The position numbers and the translations under genes are program-made. A DNA stretch of 36,929 bases from a virus. Positions within the stretch are counted from its first letter, which is position 1, and the number at the start of each line of letters is the position of its first letter. Below, in pieces: positions 18,251 through 26,636 of the stretch. The notes beneath the pieces were generated by a model. That model was given only the letters and a program-made list of their open reading frames with translations. It made no database searches and was not told the origin of the DNA. Location of the stretch: UHGV virus genome UHGV-0211320; one strand, 5' to 3'.

Positions 18251-19376
18251 TATTCCCACCTCCTTTCGCTGTGGTTTTCGTGTACAAAACATCTCCATTA
18301 GGAATGCTTGGCAATCCGTAATAATCTCTGACCTCATTAATCAGTAGATAACCGTCTCCGCCGTTGCCATCTTCCATTGCTTTATTCATCCTAGAAGCCT
18401 TGTCTTGCCCTGTAAGCGTAGAGAAGTCAAGTTCTACATTAATACCTAACTTGATTGCTAACTCATCTGTAATCATCTGCGAGAGCGCCCTAAGCGTACT
18501 AGAAACGTAGGAATCGTTAGCCGAATCGTCTTTGGTATTGACTAACTCCATACCAAAACGTGACAAAGGAATGCCGAACGCTTTAGCAATTTGTTTTGTC
18601 GAGTACACGTTGTTTTGAATCATCTTCAAAATATCCGTATTTAGCTCAAACTGTTTGAATTCCTGTGTATCGTCCAAAACAATTACGCTATTAGCGTTAG
18701 AAGCACCGCTGTTTACTTCTTCAAAGTCTTGCTTAATTTGCTTTTTAGACTTGTTATTCAGCGTACCTTTATTGAGCTTCAAAACTCCGCCTGCTTGAAT
18801 CCCCTTCTTGAAGAAGGAGCTTAGCATTTTGTTCCCATTGTCGAGCATGGAAAGTTCTGTTTTGAGTGCATCCAATGGACTGATACCGGTTTTTCCGTTT
18901 ACAGTTATATATTTGAAGTGCAACATCTCACTAGAATCAACACTGTACGAATTTCCTGCTTTGTTTGTGTACTCATAACGCAACACACCTGTTTCTAAAT
19001 CTTCGTAAACGACGACTTGTGACGGTTTAGCAAACTCTAAGCTATTTTCACGAATGATCGCAAAAGCATTCCCTGACAAAAGCATTTGAGCCGTGATAGC
19101 AAACATGAAAGAATATGGTGTCATACTTGCGTTTGGGTACTTGTTCAACATGTCTAACTTTCGAATGTCTGCTTGCTTATCATCGGAAAACTTGAACTTG
19201 CTGGCGGCGATATCCCCAGCCAATATCTTTACCGCTGTAAACACATCAGACTGTTCTAGTGCCGTTTCTCCGTCAAAGTTGATGGTCGTGTTCCCATTTA
19301 CAGTTGAAATGAAGTCGAGCATTGTACTCGAACGACTGGACAAGCTACGTTTTTCCGTTTGGAAAAATAAACCCAT
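18192..19376 (-). CDS. Portal protein (HK97 family).
   Basis: 394 aa, downstream of terL. C-terminus is Gly/Asn/Ser-rich. Sequence pattern is typical of HK97-type portals. Confidence 0.8.
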   Translation of the reverse strand: MGLFFQTEKRSLSSRSSTMLDFISTVNGNTTINFDGETALEQSDVFTAVKILAGDIAASKFKFSDDKQADIRKLDMLNKYPNASMTPYSFMFAITAQMLLSGNAFAIIRENSLEFAKPSQVVVYEDLETGVLRYEYTNKAGNSYSVDSSEMLHFKYITVNGKTGISPLDALKTELSMLDNGNKMLSSFFKKGIQAGGVLKLNKGTLNNKSKKQIKQDFEEVNSGASNANSVIVLDDTQEFKQFELNTDILKMIQNNVYSTKQIAKAFGIPLSRFGMELVNTKDDSANDSYVSSTLRALSQMITDELAIKLGINVELDFSTLTGQDKASRMNKAMEDGNGGDGYLLINEVRDYYGLPSIPNGDVLYTKTTAKGGGNSGNGNSEFSGNPVNGQSND

Positions 19377-19395
19377 TTATCCCACCTCCTTTCAG

Positions 19396-19566
19396 CTATA
19401 ATTCTGATTCTCGAACCAAAATAAAAACGGTAAGCATTAAACTAATGCCCACCGTCAGGAATCCGATAATCTGGTTAAACAAAAAAGCTGCGGCTATGAA
19501 TGAAACTAGCCCTAAAACATACAAAATAATCACGATTAGTCTTAACTTGTTACCATCCAAAGCCAT
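19396..19566 (-). CDS. Small two-TM membrane protein (56 aa).
   Basis: RBS GAAAGGGG upstream of ATG (MALDGNKLRL...), followed by two hydrophobic helices. It sits between terL and portal. Confidence 0.4.
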   Translation of the reverse strand: MALDGNKLRLIVIILYVLGLVSFIAAAFLFNQIIGFLTVGISLMLTVFILVRESEL

Positions 19567-21283
19567 ACTCGCCCCTTTCAATCAATTCATTGATATCTTC
19601 TTCATCAAAATCATGGTACATTGCCTGCGTGTAAGCATTAATCAACGCATCTAAAGGATCAATCTTATTTCGATTCATTGCCTTATCAATCATGATTGTA
19701 TCGTTGTTTTCTTTGGTGATTGCGTTTCTGATTGCTCTGTTAAGCAGTGGATTGTTTGAATGGACTGTTTTTCCTTTAATAACGTCCGTTCTAAATTGTT
19801 TTGTCGGAACGTTCAAAGTTATCAGTCCTTGTCGCACTTCAATCATTTCTTTCTCGTAGAATTTCGATAGATCAGTAATAACATTACCAGCATTATACGG
19901 ATCGTAAAAGATACCTTTTAGCTCAAAGTTATTACTTTCGATGAAATCAGTAAGCCAATTGACTAAATCGTGATAGTCAATCAATCCGTCCGGACTACTA
20001 CTAATCGTGCAATATCCTGCTTGCTCATATTGTCGGTATGGTGTTTTGTCTTCTTTTTCTTTTGCTTCAATTCCGCCACGATTGGCTACAAAGGAATAGC
20101 TATCAACAAAAAACTTACTTTCTTCTCTGATTGGAATGACCCACGAAATAGAAGTTAAGTCATTCACTCGTGACAAATCGACACCGATGTAAATCTCACG
20201 CCCTGTTAAGTCCGTTTGTTTGATGTAATCAGGAGCAACGGCAGAAGTCCACTCTTCTTCGCTCATATAACTTTCTTGTGAAGATTGAACCCATATGTTG
20301 AATTCTTTAGTAAGAACATTTGATATACTTCCTTTTGCTTTTCCTTCGTCTAAAAGTCGTTTTTTGTTTTCAGTTAGTCGTTCTTTTTGTTCTGATAGTT
20401 CCATTAATGGGTTGGACTTTATCCACATATCAGTGTCCACTACTTCTTTAGCATTGTCCTGTTCCCAACATAGCGCTAAATACTCATCGCCTACCACTTC
20501 TTCTTTTAGCAACTTCGTTACATACTGATACTCTATCGAGTACATTGGATAGTTTAGTTTGCTTGAAGCCGTTGAAATGATAATCGTTAGCGGTTCGATT
20601 TGTTGCCCCATTGACGTTTCGATAACATCCATCATTTCCGTTGTTTTAGACAGGGCATACTCATCAAAAATGCCCAACAATGTATCGAGACCGTCTAATG
20701 TATCTGCATCAGCAGACAGTGGTTTCATAAATGAATCATCTGTCGTAGTAAGCTCGTTTTGTAGAACCTTTGTAAATTTCTGGATCGCTTTACTTTTTCC
20801 ACGTAAGGCTTTTAATTGTGACTTAACCATAGTGAAAACGATTTTCGCTTGATCTCGTTTGTTAGCAGTAGCGTATATCTGTCTTGCTTGTCGTGGATTT
20901 CGTTCGTAAATTAGACAGTACAGCGCAATCCCTGAAACAATCAACGATTTTCCTTGCTTACGTGCTAGCGAAAGATAGGCTTTTCTGAAACGCTTGGTAT
21001 TGTCTTTCTTTCTTCGCCAGCCCCATAACATCCCTAGAATGAATTTCTGGAATAGTGCCAACTTATTAGGCTTGCCACTCTTAGGATCTGGAAGCATTGA
21101 AATGAATTTTACGATATTTTGAGTGTATTTTGGTTCGTAGTAGTAAGGAAAGTCATCTCGCTTTGACCTCTCGATATCCTTTTTGTGTCTATCAATTGCC
21201 ATCTGTATCTTCTCACAGACTAAGATATTCCCATTTTCTACTTCATCAATGTATTTTTGAACGTGATCAATCATCACTATCAA
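19550..21283 (-). CDS. terL: Terminase large subunit (Terminase_1 / HK97-type).
   Basis: 577 aa with Walker A-like LARKQGKS and an ATPase plus nuclease domain pattern. Its start overlaps the terS stop (translational coupling). Start may be TTG at 21283 or ATG at 21274. Confidence 0.9.
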   Translation of the reverse strand: MIVMIDHVQKYIDEVENGNILVCEKIQMAIDRHKKDIERSKRDDFPYYYEPKYTQNIVKFISMLPDPKSGKPNKLALFQKFILGMLWGWRRKKDNTKRFRKAYLSLARKQGKSLIVSGIALYCLIYERNPRQARQIYATANKRDQAKIVFTMVKSQLKALRGKSKAIQKFTKVLQNELTTTDDSFMKPLSADADTLDGLDTLLGIFDEYALSKTTEMMDVIETSMGQQIEPLTIIISTASSKLNYPMYSIEYQYVTKLLKEEVVGDEYLALCWEQDNAKEVVDTDMWIKSNPLMELSEQKERLTENKKRLLDEGKAKGSISNVLTKEFNIWVQSSQESYMSEEEWTSAVAPDYIKQTDLTGREIYIGVDLSRVNDLTSISWVIPIREESKFFVDSYSFVANRGGIEAKEKEDKTPYRQYEQAGYCTISSSPDGLIDYHDLVNWLTDFIESNNFELKGIFYDPYNAGNVITDLSKFYEKEMIEVRQGLITLNVPTKQFRTDVIKGKTVHSNNPLLNRAIRNAITKENNDTIMIDKAMNRNKIDPLDALINAYTQAMYHDFDEEDINELIERGEYGFGW

Positions 21284-21746
21284 CTTCGTTCATCATTTCA
21301 GCAAACGGATCGTCTGGTTCTTTCTCCATTTCTTGTGGATTGACAATCTTTAGACGTGAGTTGATTGTCAGTCCTAAATCATTAGTTGCTGTTTTCAGTT
21401 CTTTCGAGAATGAATTGACTGTATCAATCAATGGATTTTTACGACCATCGATCAAAAAGCCTTGTTCGTCTAACTCTTTGCTTGCTTTGTCGTATAAGTA
21501 TGAATAGTTGCAGTAGCGAATCATTGTTTGTTGGTCTAGTTCTGAAATAGGTAAGTCCTGAATGTAGCGAGAGATTCTATCCCACTCTTTTTGCGCTTCT
21601 TTCAAAAGCCCGACCGGATAATTTGAAAAGTCCAGTCTTGGATAGTTGTATAGCTTTTCTTCTTCGGCTTTTTTAGCTTCAATTTCTTCTTTTGTGTAAT
21701 TCTTTTTGCTTGCGTTAAGCAATTTCTTCGGCCTGCCTTTGCTCAT
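21267..21746 (-). CDS. terS: Terminase small subunit (P27 family).
   Basis: 159 aa starting MSKGRPKKLL with an acidic C-terminus, typical of phage_term_smal P27-type proteins. It lies immediately upstream of terL. Confidence 0.8.
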   Translation of the reverse strand: MSKGRPKKLLNASKKNYTKEEIEAKKAEEEKLYNYPRLDFSNYPVGLLKEAQKEWDRISRYIQDLPISELDQQTMIRYCNYSYLYDKASKELDEQGFLIDGRKNPLIDTVNSFSKELKTATNDLGLTINSRLKIVNPQEMEKEPDDPFAEMMNEVDSDD

Positions 21747-21912
21747 TTCATCACTCCTATCTATTTTACAAATTTTCTAAAGGGAATTTTTTTTCGAGAA
21801 GAGAGGGCATCGATTTTCTTCGTTCTAGCGACATAGGGCGGCTTATTTTTTATCAAAACTATTATTTAGTAATATTTATATACACTTTAGGTGAAACGCC
21901 TTAGAACGCAAA
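21747..21912. other. Candidate cos region (between the HNH endonuclease and terS).
   Basis: HNH-terS-terL adjacency is characteristic of HK97-like cos packaging, where cos lies between the HNH gene and terS. This 165-bp intergenic stretch has GC-rich blocks (GACATAGGGCGGC) inside AT-rich DNA. Ends not determinable from sequence. Confidence 0.3.
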
Positions 21913-22287
21913 TTAGAGCCTTTTAAGGTTATATGCCTTTTTATGCTCTTTGTTGTGGCACGACTGGCAAATACTTTCTAACGTATCGTAGTCTAACCTT
22001 TTATCCCAATCTTCTTTTACTTCCGTTTTATGATGGACTATCGTAGCACTGGTTATTTTCCCATTTCTCAAACACTCCTCACATAGTGGTTGGTCTGCCA
22101 GCTTGCTACGTCTTAGCTTCTTCCATTGGCTTGAAGCATAGAAGCGAGCATACTTCATGTTCTCTTTGTTGTGTCTTACTTCTCTGTTATACGTCTTGTC
22201 TGCATTGCCTTTGTGTTTCTCGCAATAACGGTTGGGTAACTCAACGTATTCGCGGCAGATAGACACAGCACATTTGATTCTAGGCAC
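21913..22287 (-). CDS. HNH endonuclease (packaging-associated).
   Basis: Cys/His motifs C..C...HH...C.SCH..EH, 124 aa, directly upstream of terS. Confidence 0.8.
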   Translation of the reverse strand: MPRIKCAVSICREYVELPNRYCEKHKGNADKTYNREVRHNKENMKYARFYASSQWKKLRRSKLADQPLCEECLRNGKITSATIVHHKTEVKEDWDKRLDYDTLESICQSCHNKEHKKAYNLKRL

Positions 22288-22289
22288 AG

Positions 22290-22859
22290 CTATACTTCTC
22301 TTTTATGTCCGATTGTTTTCATATCTGGATACTTATCATTAAAGCTAGAAAAGTATTGAATCGTGATGTCGTTCGCTCCTCTATCATCATTAGCGAAACC
22401 ATCAGTCTTCCAATGATACGAGACATCTACTAATCCTTTAGGCGATTCATCCAACCTCTCACCTTTGTACCAAACTTCTGGTACTGAGTCAGTATCCTTC
22501 AGTTTTATTTCTAGAAGATTCGTATTACTTCTATCATCTAACGCCAATTCATCAATCCTCTTTTTGATTTGTTGCATTAATTTTCTTCTTGTCTCTCCTG
22601 TCATTGGTGCTACTTTCTCATAACCAGTAAACTCACAAGAAAAGCGTTCAATAGCATAAGCGTTTTGAAGTGGCTTAGCTCTAAGAACAGCTGGACTATT
22701 GCTATAAAAACGATCTACTAATAACTTCCCTATAGGAATGGCATCTAAAGCTCTATCAGTAAACACTAAAGCATTGGGATAATCTTCTTGAATTTTGTAA
22801 GCTAGATTTGGTGAAGTTACAATGTTATACCCTTCTCTGATATAATCTTTTAATTTCAT
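22290..22859 (-). CDS. Hypothetical protein (189 aa).
   Basis: ORF with RBS, between the ArpU region and the HNH gene. No family recognised. Confidence 0.5.
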   Translation of the reverse strand: MKLKDYIREGYNIVTSPNLAYKIQEDYPNALVFTDRALDAIPIGKLLVDRFYSNSPAVLRAKPLQNAYAIERFSCEFTGYEKVAPMTGETRRKLMQQIKKRIDELALDDRSNTNLLEIKLKDTDSVPEVWYKGERLDESPKGLVDVSYHWKTDGFANDDRGANDITIQYFSSFNDKYPDMKTIGHKREV

Positions 22860-22923
22860 AGTTTTCCTCCTAAAAACATCTAATAATTACTTGCTAACAA
22901 CTTGATGTAATCATAGTTATCAT

Positions 22924-23151
22924 TCATTTGATGTATCTCTCAATGTTTTGTTGAATATACTCGTCTTTCCAATAGCCATGACCGCAATATATCAGCTTGC
23001 ATTTATCCACTTCGTTTGGTGTAGCTTCTCTTAGCATTTCGACAATAGAGTACTTCCCTTTGATTTGTACAGAACGCACAACACGCACTGAACAATCATC
23101 AATGGTTCGAGGATATTCATTAGTTAGCGATACGTACCAGTAGTTTCTCAT
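22924..23151 (-). CDS. Hypothetical protein (75 aa).
   Basis: ORF in the minus-strand operon. No family recognised. Confidence 0.4.
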   Translation of the reverse strand: MRNYWYVSLTNEYPRTIDDCSVRVVRSVQIKGKYSIVEMLREATPNEVDKCKLIYCGHGYWKDEYIQQNIERYIK

Positions 23152-23155
23152 GGTG

Positions 23156-23587
23156 TTAGTCCTTTCTTATTGGAGGTCCCGGTTTTTCATCACGCTTCTT
23201 CAATATGCTTCGTTCATACTCAAGACATTCTTCATCTCTATCCCAAGGTTCGTTGCGTTTTTTTGTATAAAAGGGTTTCCCAAGTTCGCTGTGTTGCGTA
23301 CCAGACTCTACAACAAATTTCTCGATGTATTTTGATAGTGCAGGTTTAGTAATAATCAGAGTACCGTTAGGCAAAGTGTACATAAATGAATCCTTTTCGC
23401 TCACAACTTTCTCGCTTGCATAAAGTACAGATTCACCGTACTGACTGTCTACTTCAAGGCGGAACTTAGGATAGTATAAATTGTTGGCCATATCCTCAAA
23501 AGTCATCTTTTGAATATCTTCTAATTCGAATCCTTTTTCTTTCAACTCTTTCACTACATTGTTTTGTAAAAAGTCTAATGAATCCAT
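23156..23587 (-). CDS. Hypothetical protein (143 aa).
   Basis: Strong RBS AAGGAGGAG before ATG at 23587 (MDSLDFLQNN...). The longer ORF-track start is preceded by noncoding-looking sequence. Confidence 0.55.
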   Translation of the reverse strand: MDSLDFLQNNVVKELKEKGFELEDIQKMTFEDMANNLYYPKFRLEVDSQYGESVLYASEKVVSEKDSFMYTLPNGTLIITKPALSKYIEKFVVESGTQHSELGKPFYTKKRNEPWDRDEECLEYERSILKKRDEKPGPPIRKD

Positions 23588-24376
23588 TCTCGCACCACTC
23601 CTCCTTAAAATAAAAAGACCACTCAAAGAGTGATCTAATATGTAATAGCAACCTACACACAGACAAGTCTGATACTTCCTGCACCTCACCACTGCCACAT
23701 CCCTCGGTTGCTAACGAATACTGAAACAGAATACCGTCTCTGTTCATGACCAACGCGACAGTACAAAGCTTTGTCGCAAGCAGGTTATCGTATTCCTAAT
23801 AACCCCAACTAATGTTTCTCTCCTAACCTACACCTGAGAGTGGCGCACGTCTGCGCTAGTATTTTATGCCTTCTAACTGCTAGTGGCATCCCGACTAGTC
23901 AGCCAATTCATCGGCATCCGATAAGATGAATTGTTTCCGTAGGTTCCTTAAGTCACTGGCAATGAATCGAACATTGCAACACCATTTTCCGATATTTTAC
24001 AGACTCTCCATCATAAAAGCTCTCACCTCTAGAATTGTCTATCTTTAGGGGAATTATTCAAGATGCCTCTTGCCCATTACCCTCGACGGTCTCTTGCCTA
24101 GCTGCATAAACTAAGCTCAAGTGTTCATTACCACTGATTTAAGTTATTAGCGTTACCTTTCCGCCACAGTGACACTATAAAATTATTCTCGGCTGCTACT
24201 ATTTTTTATTTTGTCCATTTTTAAATCCAATCATATAGACATTAAGACAGAGCGCAAAAATTGAAATTATTAACGCCGTCATTTCTCTTTACCCACCTTT
24301 TTTAATTATTTAGTTAAGTTATATTTTTCTGATACTTGGTATGATTTCATGAGTGCAGCTGCTAAAAAATATACTG
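23588..24376. other. ~0.79 kb noncoding, relatively GC-rich, hairpin-dense island (candidate structured RNA or cis-acting packaging/recombination region).
   Basis: No ORF of 60 aa or more in any frame. Several perfect stems: GCGACA/TGTCGC (23753-23777), GCGCA/TGCGC (23841-23857), CAATTCATC/GATGAATTG (23904-23933), GGTTG/CAACC enclosing ACAGA/TCTGT, and the palindrome GACTAGTC. A T-run lies on the plus strand at 24200-24215. Confidence 0.4.
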
Positions 24377-24514
24377 CTAAGAAACTTGGATTTTAAAATT
24401 AGCAATTTCATCTAAAGTTTCTTGTAACTGTTCGACTTGGTCACTAGCCTTGTTGAGCAGTTCTTTTAGTTCAGTCAAATCTAATTTGAAAGTTGCTTTG
24501 ATTTCTTTATCCAT
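24377..24514 (-). CDS. Small hydrophilic protein (45 aa), paralog of 24953..25111.
   Basis: RBS GGAGGG 6 nt before ATG. Sequence MDKEIKATFKLDLTELKELLNKASDQVEQLQ... The 31-bp leader is identical to that of the 24953..25111 gene. Confidence 0.5.
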   Translation of the reverse strand: MDKEIKATFKLDLTELKELLNKASDQVEQLQETLDEIANFKIQVS

Positions 24515-24521
24515 TTGTTTT

Positions 24522-24552
24522 CCCTCCAATACATAAATTAATAGACAGCAAC
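24522..24552 (-). repeat. 31-bp leader repeat copy 1 (plus strand CCCTCCAATACATAAATTAATAGACAGCAAC), identical to 25119-25149.
   Basis: 31/31 identity including the SD sequence, while flanking coding sequence has diverged. Confidence 0.8.
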
Positions 24553-24653
24553 AAAATAACATTGCTTTGATAATTTGGTATCGACCACTATAAATTTCTT
24601 TTCTTGCAATTATTTTTAATATATGCTAGATTATCAACCGATATAGTCACTGC

Positions 24654-24687
24654 CTGTGCTAGCGGAAACTAGTGCAGGTTTTTTGTT
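24654..24687 (+). terminator. Plus-strand-specific intrinsic terminator (9-bp stem with two G-U pairs, loop CGGAAA, then GTTTTTTGTT).
   Basis: CTGTGCTAG/CTAGTGCAG pairing works only as plus-strand RNA (G-U wobbles), followed by a T-run. Confidence 0.4.
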
Positions 24688-24721
24688 CTATTTACTCAAA
24701 AGTTATTACGATAAATTCTTA

Positions 24722-24749
24722 TTGTGAAAATAAATACTAAGCGTATAAT
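24722..24749 (+). promoter_or_regulatory. Sigma-A-type promoter for the plus-strand gene 24802..25026 (TTGTGA-16-TATAAT).
   Basis: Read directly: -35 TTGTGA at 24722-24727 and -10 TATAAT at 24744-24749. Confidence 0.5.
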
Positions 24750-24801
24750 TTTAGTTATCAGCGAGTGGTCCGCTGAAATAATTTATAAGAAGGTATTCCT
24801 C

Positions 24802-25026
24802 ATGGAAAAATCATTCGATGAATTTGTAAATCAATTCGACAAAAAATATTATGAAGATTTAGCAAATAGTCTTACAAAGTCTTTTACAGAAAATAGTAAC
24901 GCGATTCCCATTAAAGATTTAGCAACATATTCCGTAACAATGAGTATGCAAATCACACTTCATTATTTACGTGAATATCATGAATGGCTTCATTCAAATG
25001 AGAACCAATCTTCTGATAATCAATAA
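24802..25026 (+). CDS. Small plus-strand protein (74 aa) lying in the otherwise minus-strand region, convergent and overlapping with 24953..25111.
   Basis: RBS AGAAGG, ATG at 24802, own promoter, and a downstream plus-strand terminator at 25247-25277. No family recognised. Confidence 0.5.
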   Translation: MEKSFDEFVNQFDKKYYEDLANSLTKSFTENSNAIPIKDLATYSVTMSMQITLHYLREYHEWLHSNENQSSDNQ

Positions 25027-25111
25027 TCAAAAAGCCATGCTCCTCGCTACCTTGATTAGCTTGGAGCAACTCTTTTATTTCTCCTGAAGTACCTTCAATC
25101 GATAATTTCAT
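24953..25111 (-). CDS. Small hydrophilic protein (52 aa), paralog of 24377..24514.
   Basis: RBS GGAGGG before ATG at 25111. The IKELLQANQGSEE segment resembles LKELLNKASDQVE of the paralog. Its 3' end overlaps the plus-strand gene antisense. Confidence 0.45.
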   Translation of the reverse strand: MKLSIEGTSGEIKELLQANQGSEEHGFLIIDYQKIGSHLNEAIHDIHVNNEV

Positions 25112-25118
25112 ATTCTTA

Positions 25119-25149
25119 CCCTCCAATACATAAATTAATAGACAGCAAC
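25119..25149 (-). repeat. 31-bp leader repeat copy 2.
   Basis: Identical to 24522-24552. Confidence 0.8.
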
Positions 25150-25225
25150 GGATGATAGATAATAAGAACAATTTAGAAGGAGTTGAAATTCACATCCTTA
25201 TTCTTAATATTTCCGTTGCTGTCTA
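25139..25225. repeat. 13-bp perfect inverted repeat TAGACAGCAACGG ... CCGTTGCTGTCTA flanking a 62-bp spacer, overlapping leader copy 2.
   Basis: Read directly at 25139-25151 and 25213-25225. Confidence 0.6.
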
Positions 25226-25246
25226 TCGAAGCTTAATTAAACGATG

Positions 25247-25277
25247 AGGGAGATTTCCTCCCTTACATTTTATTTTG
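25247..25277 (+). terminator. Plus-strand intrinsic terminator AGGGAG-atttc-CTCCCT followed by TACATTTTATTTTG.
   Basis: Perfect 6-bp GC-rich stem and T-run, downstream of the plus-strand gene 24802..25026. Confidence 0.55.
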
Positions 25278-25368
25278 TCGATCCTGTTTCCTAATCTTTC
25301 GACACTACCATAATATCACGTTAAAACACTCAAAAACCCTACACTATCCCTACAAAAACCCTACAAAA

Positions 25369-25788
25369 TCAACGATACTGAACTAACACGCCTTTTTTGT
25401 ATGCTTCTGCAAATTCGATCAGCGCGATGGATTTCAGCTTCTCTACATTCTTTTCACCGTATCCTCGTATCAATTGCCCTATTTCATAATTAGAGTGCTT
25501 GTTTACGTCACAGAAACTATAATAGAGTATCTGACGGCTAATCAGACTAAGAGCCATCAAAGCCGCTAGAATCGCATCTCTCTCCGCTTCTATATCCATC
25601 ATTTGAATGATCGCGTCTTCTGCCTTATTACCGTGCTTCGGTGCCTTCGGCATATCCGTAATAATCGGCGACTTAATATCTATCAAAGAGCGACCTGCCA
25701 TCCGCTCCAAACGCCGAAAGTTCTTCAGCACATCTCTCGCATTACATCTTGTCTGTTTGAAATCTACCTCTCGTAACAATTGCATCAA
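25369..25788 (-). CDS. ArpU-family phage transcriptional regulator (late gene activator, sigma region-4-like).
   Basis: 139 aa with the characteristic ...LISRQILYYSF... segment. It sits at the early/late boundary. Confidence 0.7.
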   Translation of the reverse strand: MMQLLREVDFKQTRCNARDVLKNFRRLERMAGRSLIDIKSPIITDMPKAPKHGNKAEDAIIQMMDIEAERDAILAALMALSLISRQILYYSFCDVNKHSNYEIGQLIRGYGEKNVEKLKSIALIEFAEAYKKGVLVQYR

Positions 25789-25837
25789 GTCAAACCGCTC
25801 CTTTATGTGATATAATAAATGTGTTGGATTTATTGAA

Positions 25838-25866
25838 TCAGTCGGAGCGATCCGGCTTTTTTATTT
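25838..25866 (+). terminator. Plus-strand hairpin GTCGGA-gcga-TCCGGC (GNRA loop, one G-U pair) followed by TTTTTTATTT.
   Basis: Plus-strand specific (C-A mismatch on the other strand). An extended -10 TGaTATAAT on the plus strand lies just upstream at 25808-25816. Confidence 0.35.
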
Positions 25867-26157
25867 GTCATTGATTAGTTCAATATCCACCAATCTCACC
25901 ACTGCTAAATTCTCTTTACTTTTCGCTAACCACTTGTCACATTCCATCGTGTTTTCAATGCGGATGATTGCTGAGTGATTATAGAGATGCTCTACATATC
26001 CACGAAACGGATAGATGAACTCCTCTGCTTCACAGCGAACCATGTCACCGACTTTGACTTTTGGTTTCTTACGTGTTTTAGGGTTCTTTGTCGGCATGTC
26101 TAGCATTAAACCGCCGATACCATGACTACTAGCGTAAAATCCGTCTTTTAGTTTCAT
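25861..26157 (-). CDS. Hypothetical early protein (98 aa).
   Basis: ORF coupled to the upstream gene by an ATGA overlap. No family recognised. Confidence 0.5.
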   Translation of the reverse strand: MKLKDGFYASSHGIGGLMLDMPTKNPKTRKKPKVKVGDMVRCEAEEFIYPFRGYVEHLYNHSAIIRIENTMECDKWLAKSKENLAVVRLVDIELINDK

Positions 26158-26375
26158 TCTTTCTCCTCCATGTTCCGTTGTAAATTTTCCCCAAGATAAG
26201 TAACAGCCTTTCCAATATCACTTACCATTTGACCAAAATCCTTCATAAAACTTCTAGTAAGTCTTACTACTTCTTCTGCAGAAACACCATACTCCCGTTC
26301 GAACTTTACCTTCAGTACATTCAGTTCCTGTTTTCTTAGTTTTGTTATTCTGCGATGTCTGTTGTTCATTGTCAA
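26154..26375 (-). CDS. Hypothetical small basic protein (73 aa), possibly DNA-binding.
   Basis: Arg/Lys-rich N-terminus (RHRRITKLRKQELNVLK). Part of the tightly packed early operon. Confidence 0.4.
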   Translation of the reverse strand: MTMNNRHRRITKLRKQELNVLKVKFEREYGVSAEEVVRLTRSFMKDFGQMVSDIGKAVTYLGENLQRNMEEKE

Positions 26376-26606
26376 TCAACTCCCTAATCTGAAAGTGTTG
26401 TCTATACTTGATAGAAATTCTTTTAAGTGGTTCTCTACCACAGAATCGGTCACGTTAAAACGATCAATTAATACTGGAGCTGCCATATCTTTCAAATAAC
26501 TTTGTCTGATGACTAATTCAGTACCATCAGGAAGTTCTATGTTAACCTCCCGACCATTGATAATTGCTTGAATGCCCGCTTCACTTAGTGGTATTTCGTA
26601 TTTCAT
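26376..26606 (-). CDS. Hypothetical small acidic protein (76 aa).
   Basis: 12 acidic versus 7 basic residues. RBS GGAGG upstream. Confidence 0.45.
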   Translation of the reverse strand: MKYEIPLSEAGIQAIINGREVNIELPDGTELVIRQSYLKDMAAPVLIDRFNVTDSVVENHLKEFLSSIDNTFRLGS

Positions 26607-26636
26607 TCCGCTTCCTCCTCTTTAGCTGTCAATTAC

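Noticed and set aside
87-20852. Numerous plus-strand ORFs of 60-190 aa antisense to large structural genes, for example 3888..4154, 10852..11415, 11527..12039 and 20559..20852
   Set aside because: They lie inside well-supported minus-strand genes and have no RBS. Their Ser/Pro/Leu-rich composition is typical of antisense frames.
23496-23753. The 85-aa minus-strand ORF overlapping the start of the 143-aa gene and the structured island
   Set aside because: It overlaps a better-supported gene out of frame and runs into hairpin-rich noncoding DNA.
23955-23990. A T-loop-like GTTCGATTC with a CAATG/CATTG stem on the minus strand as a phage tRNA
   Set aside because: No acceptor or anticodon arms can be built around it. 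It is probably a chance match within the structured island.
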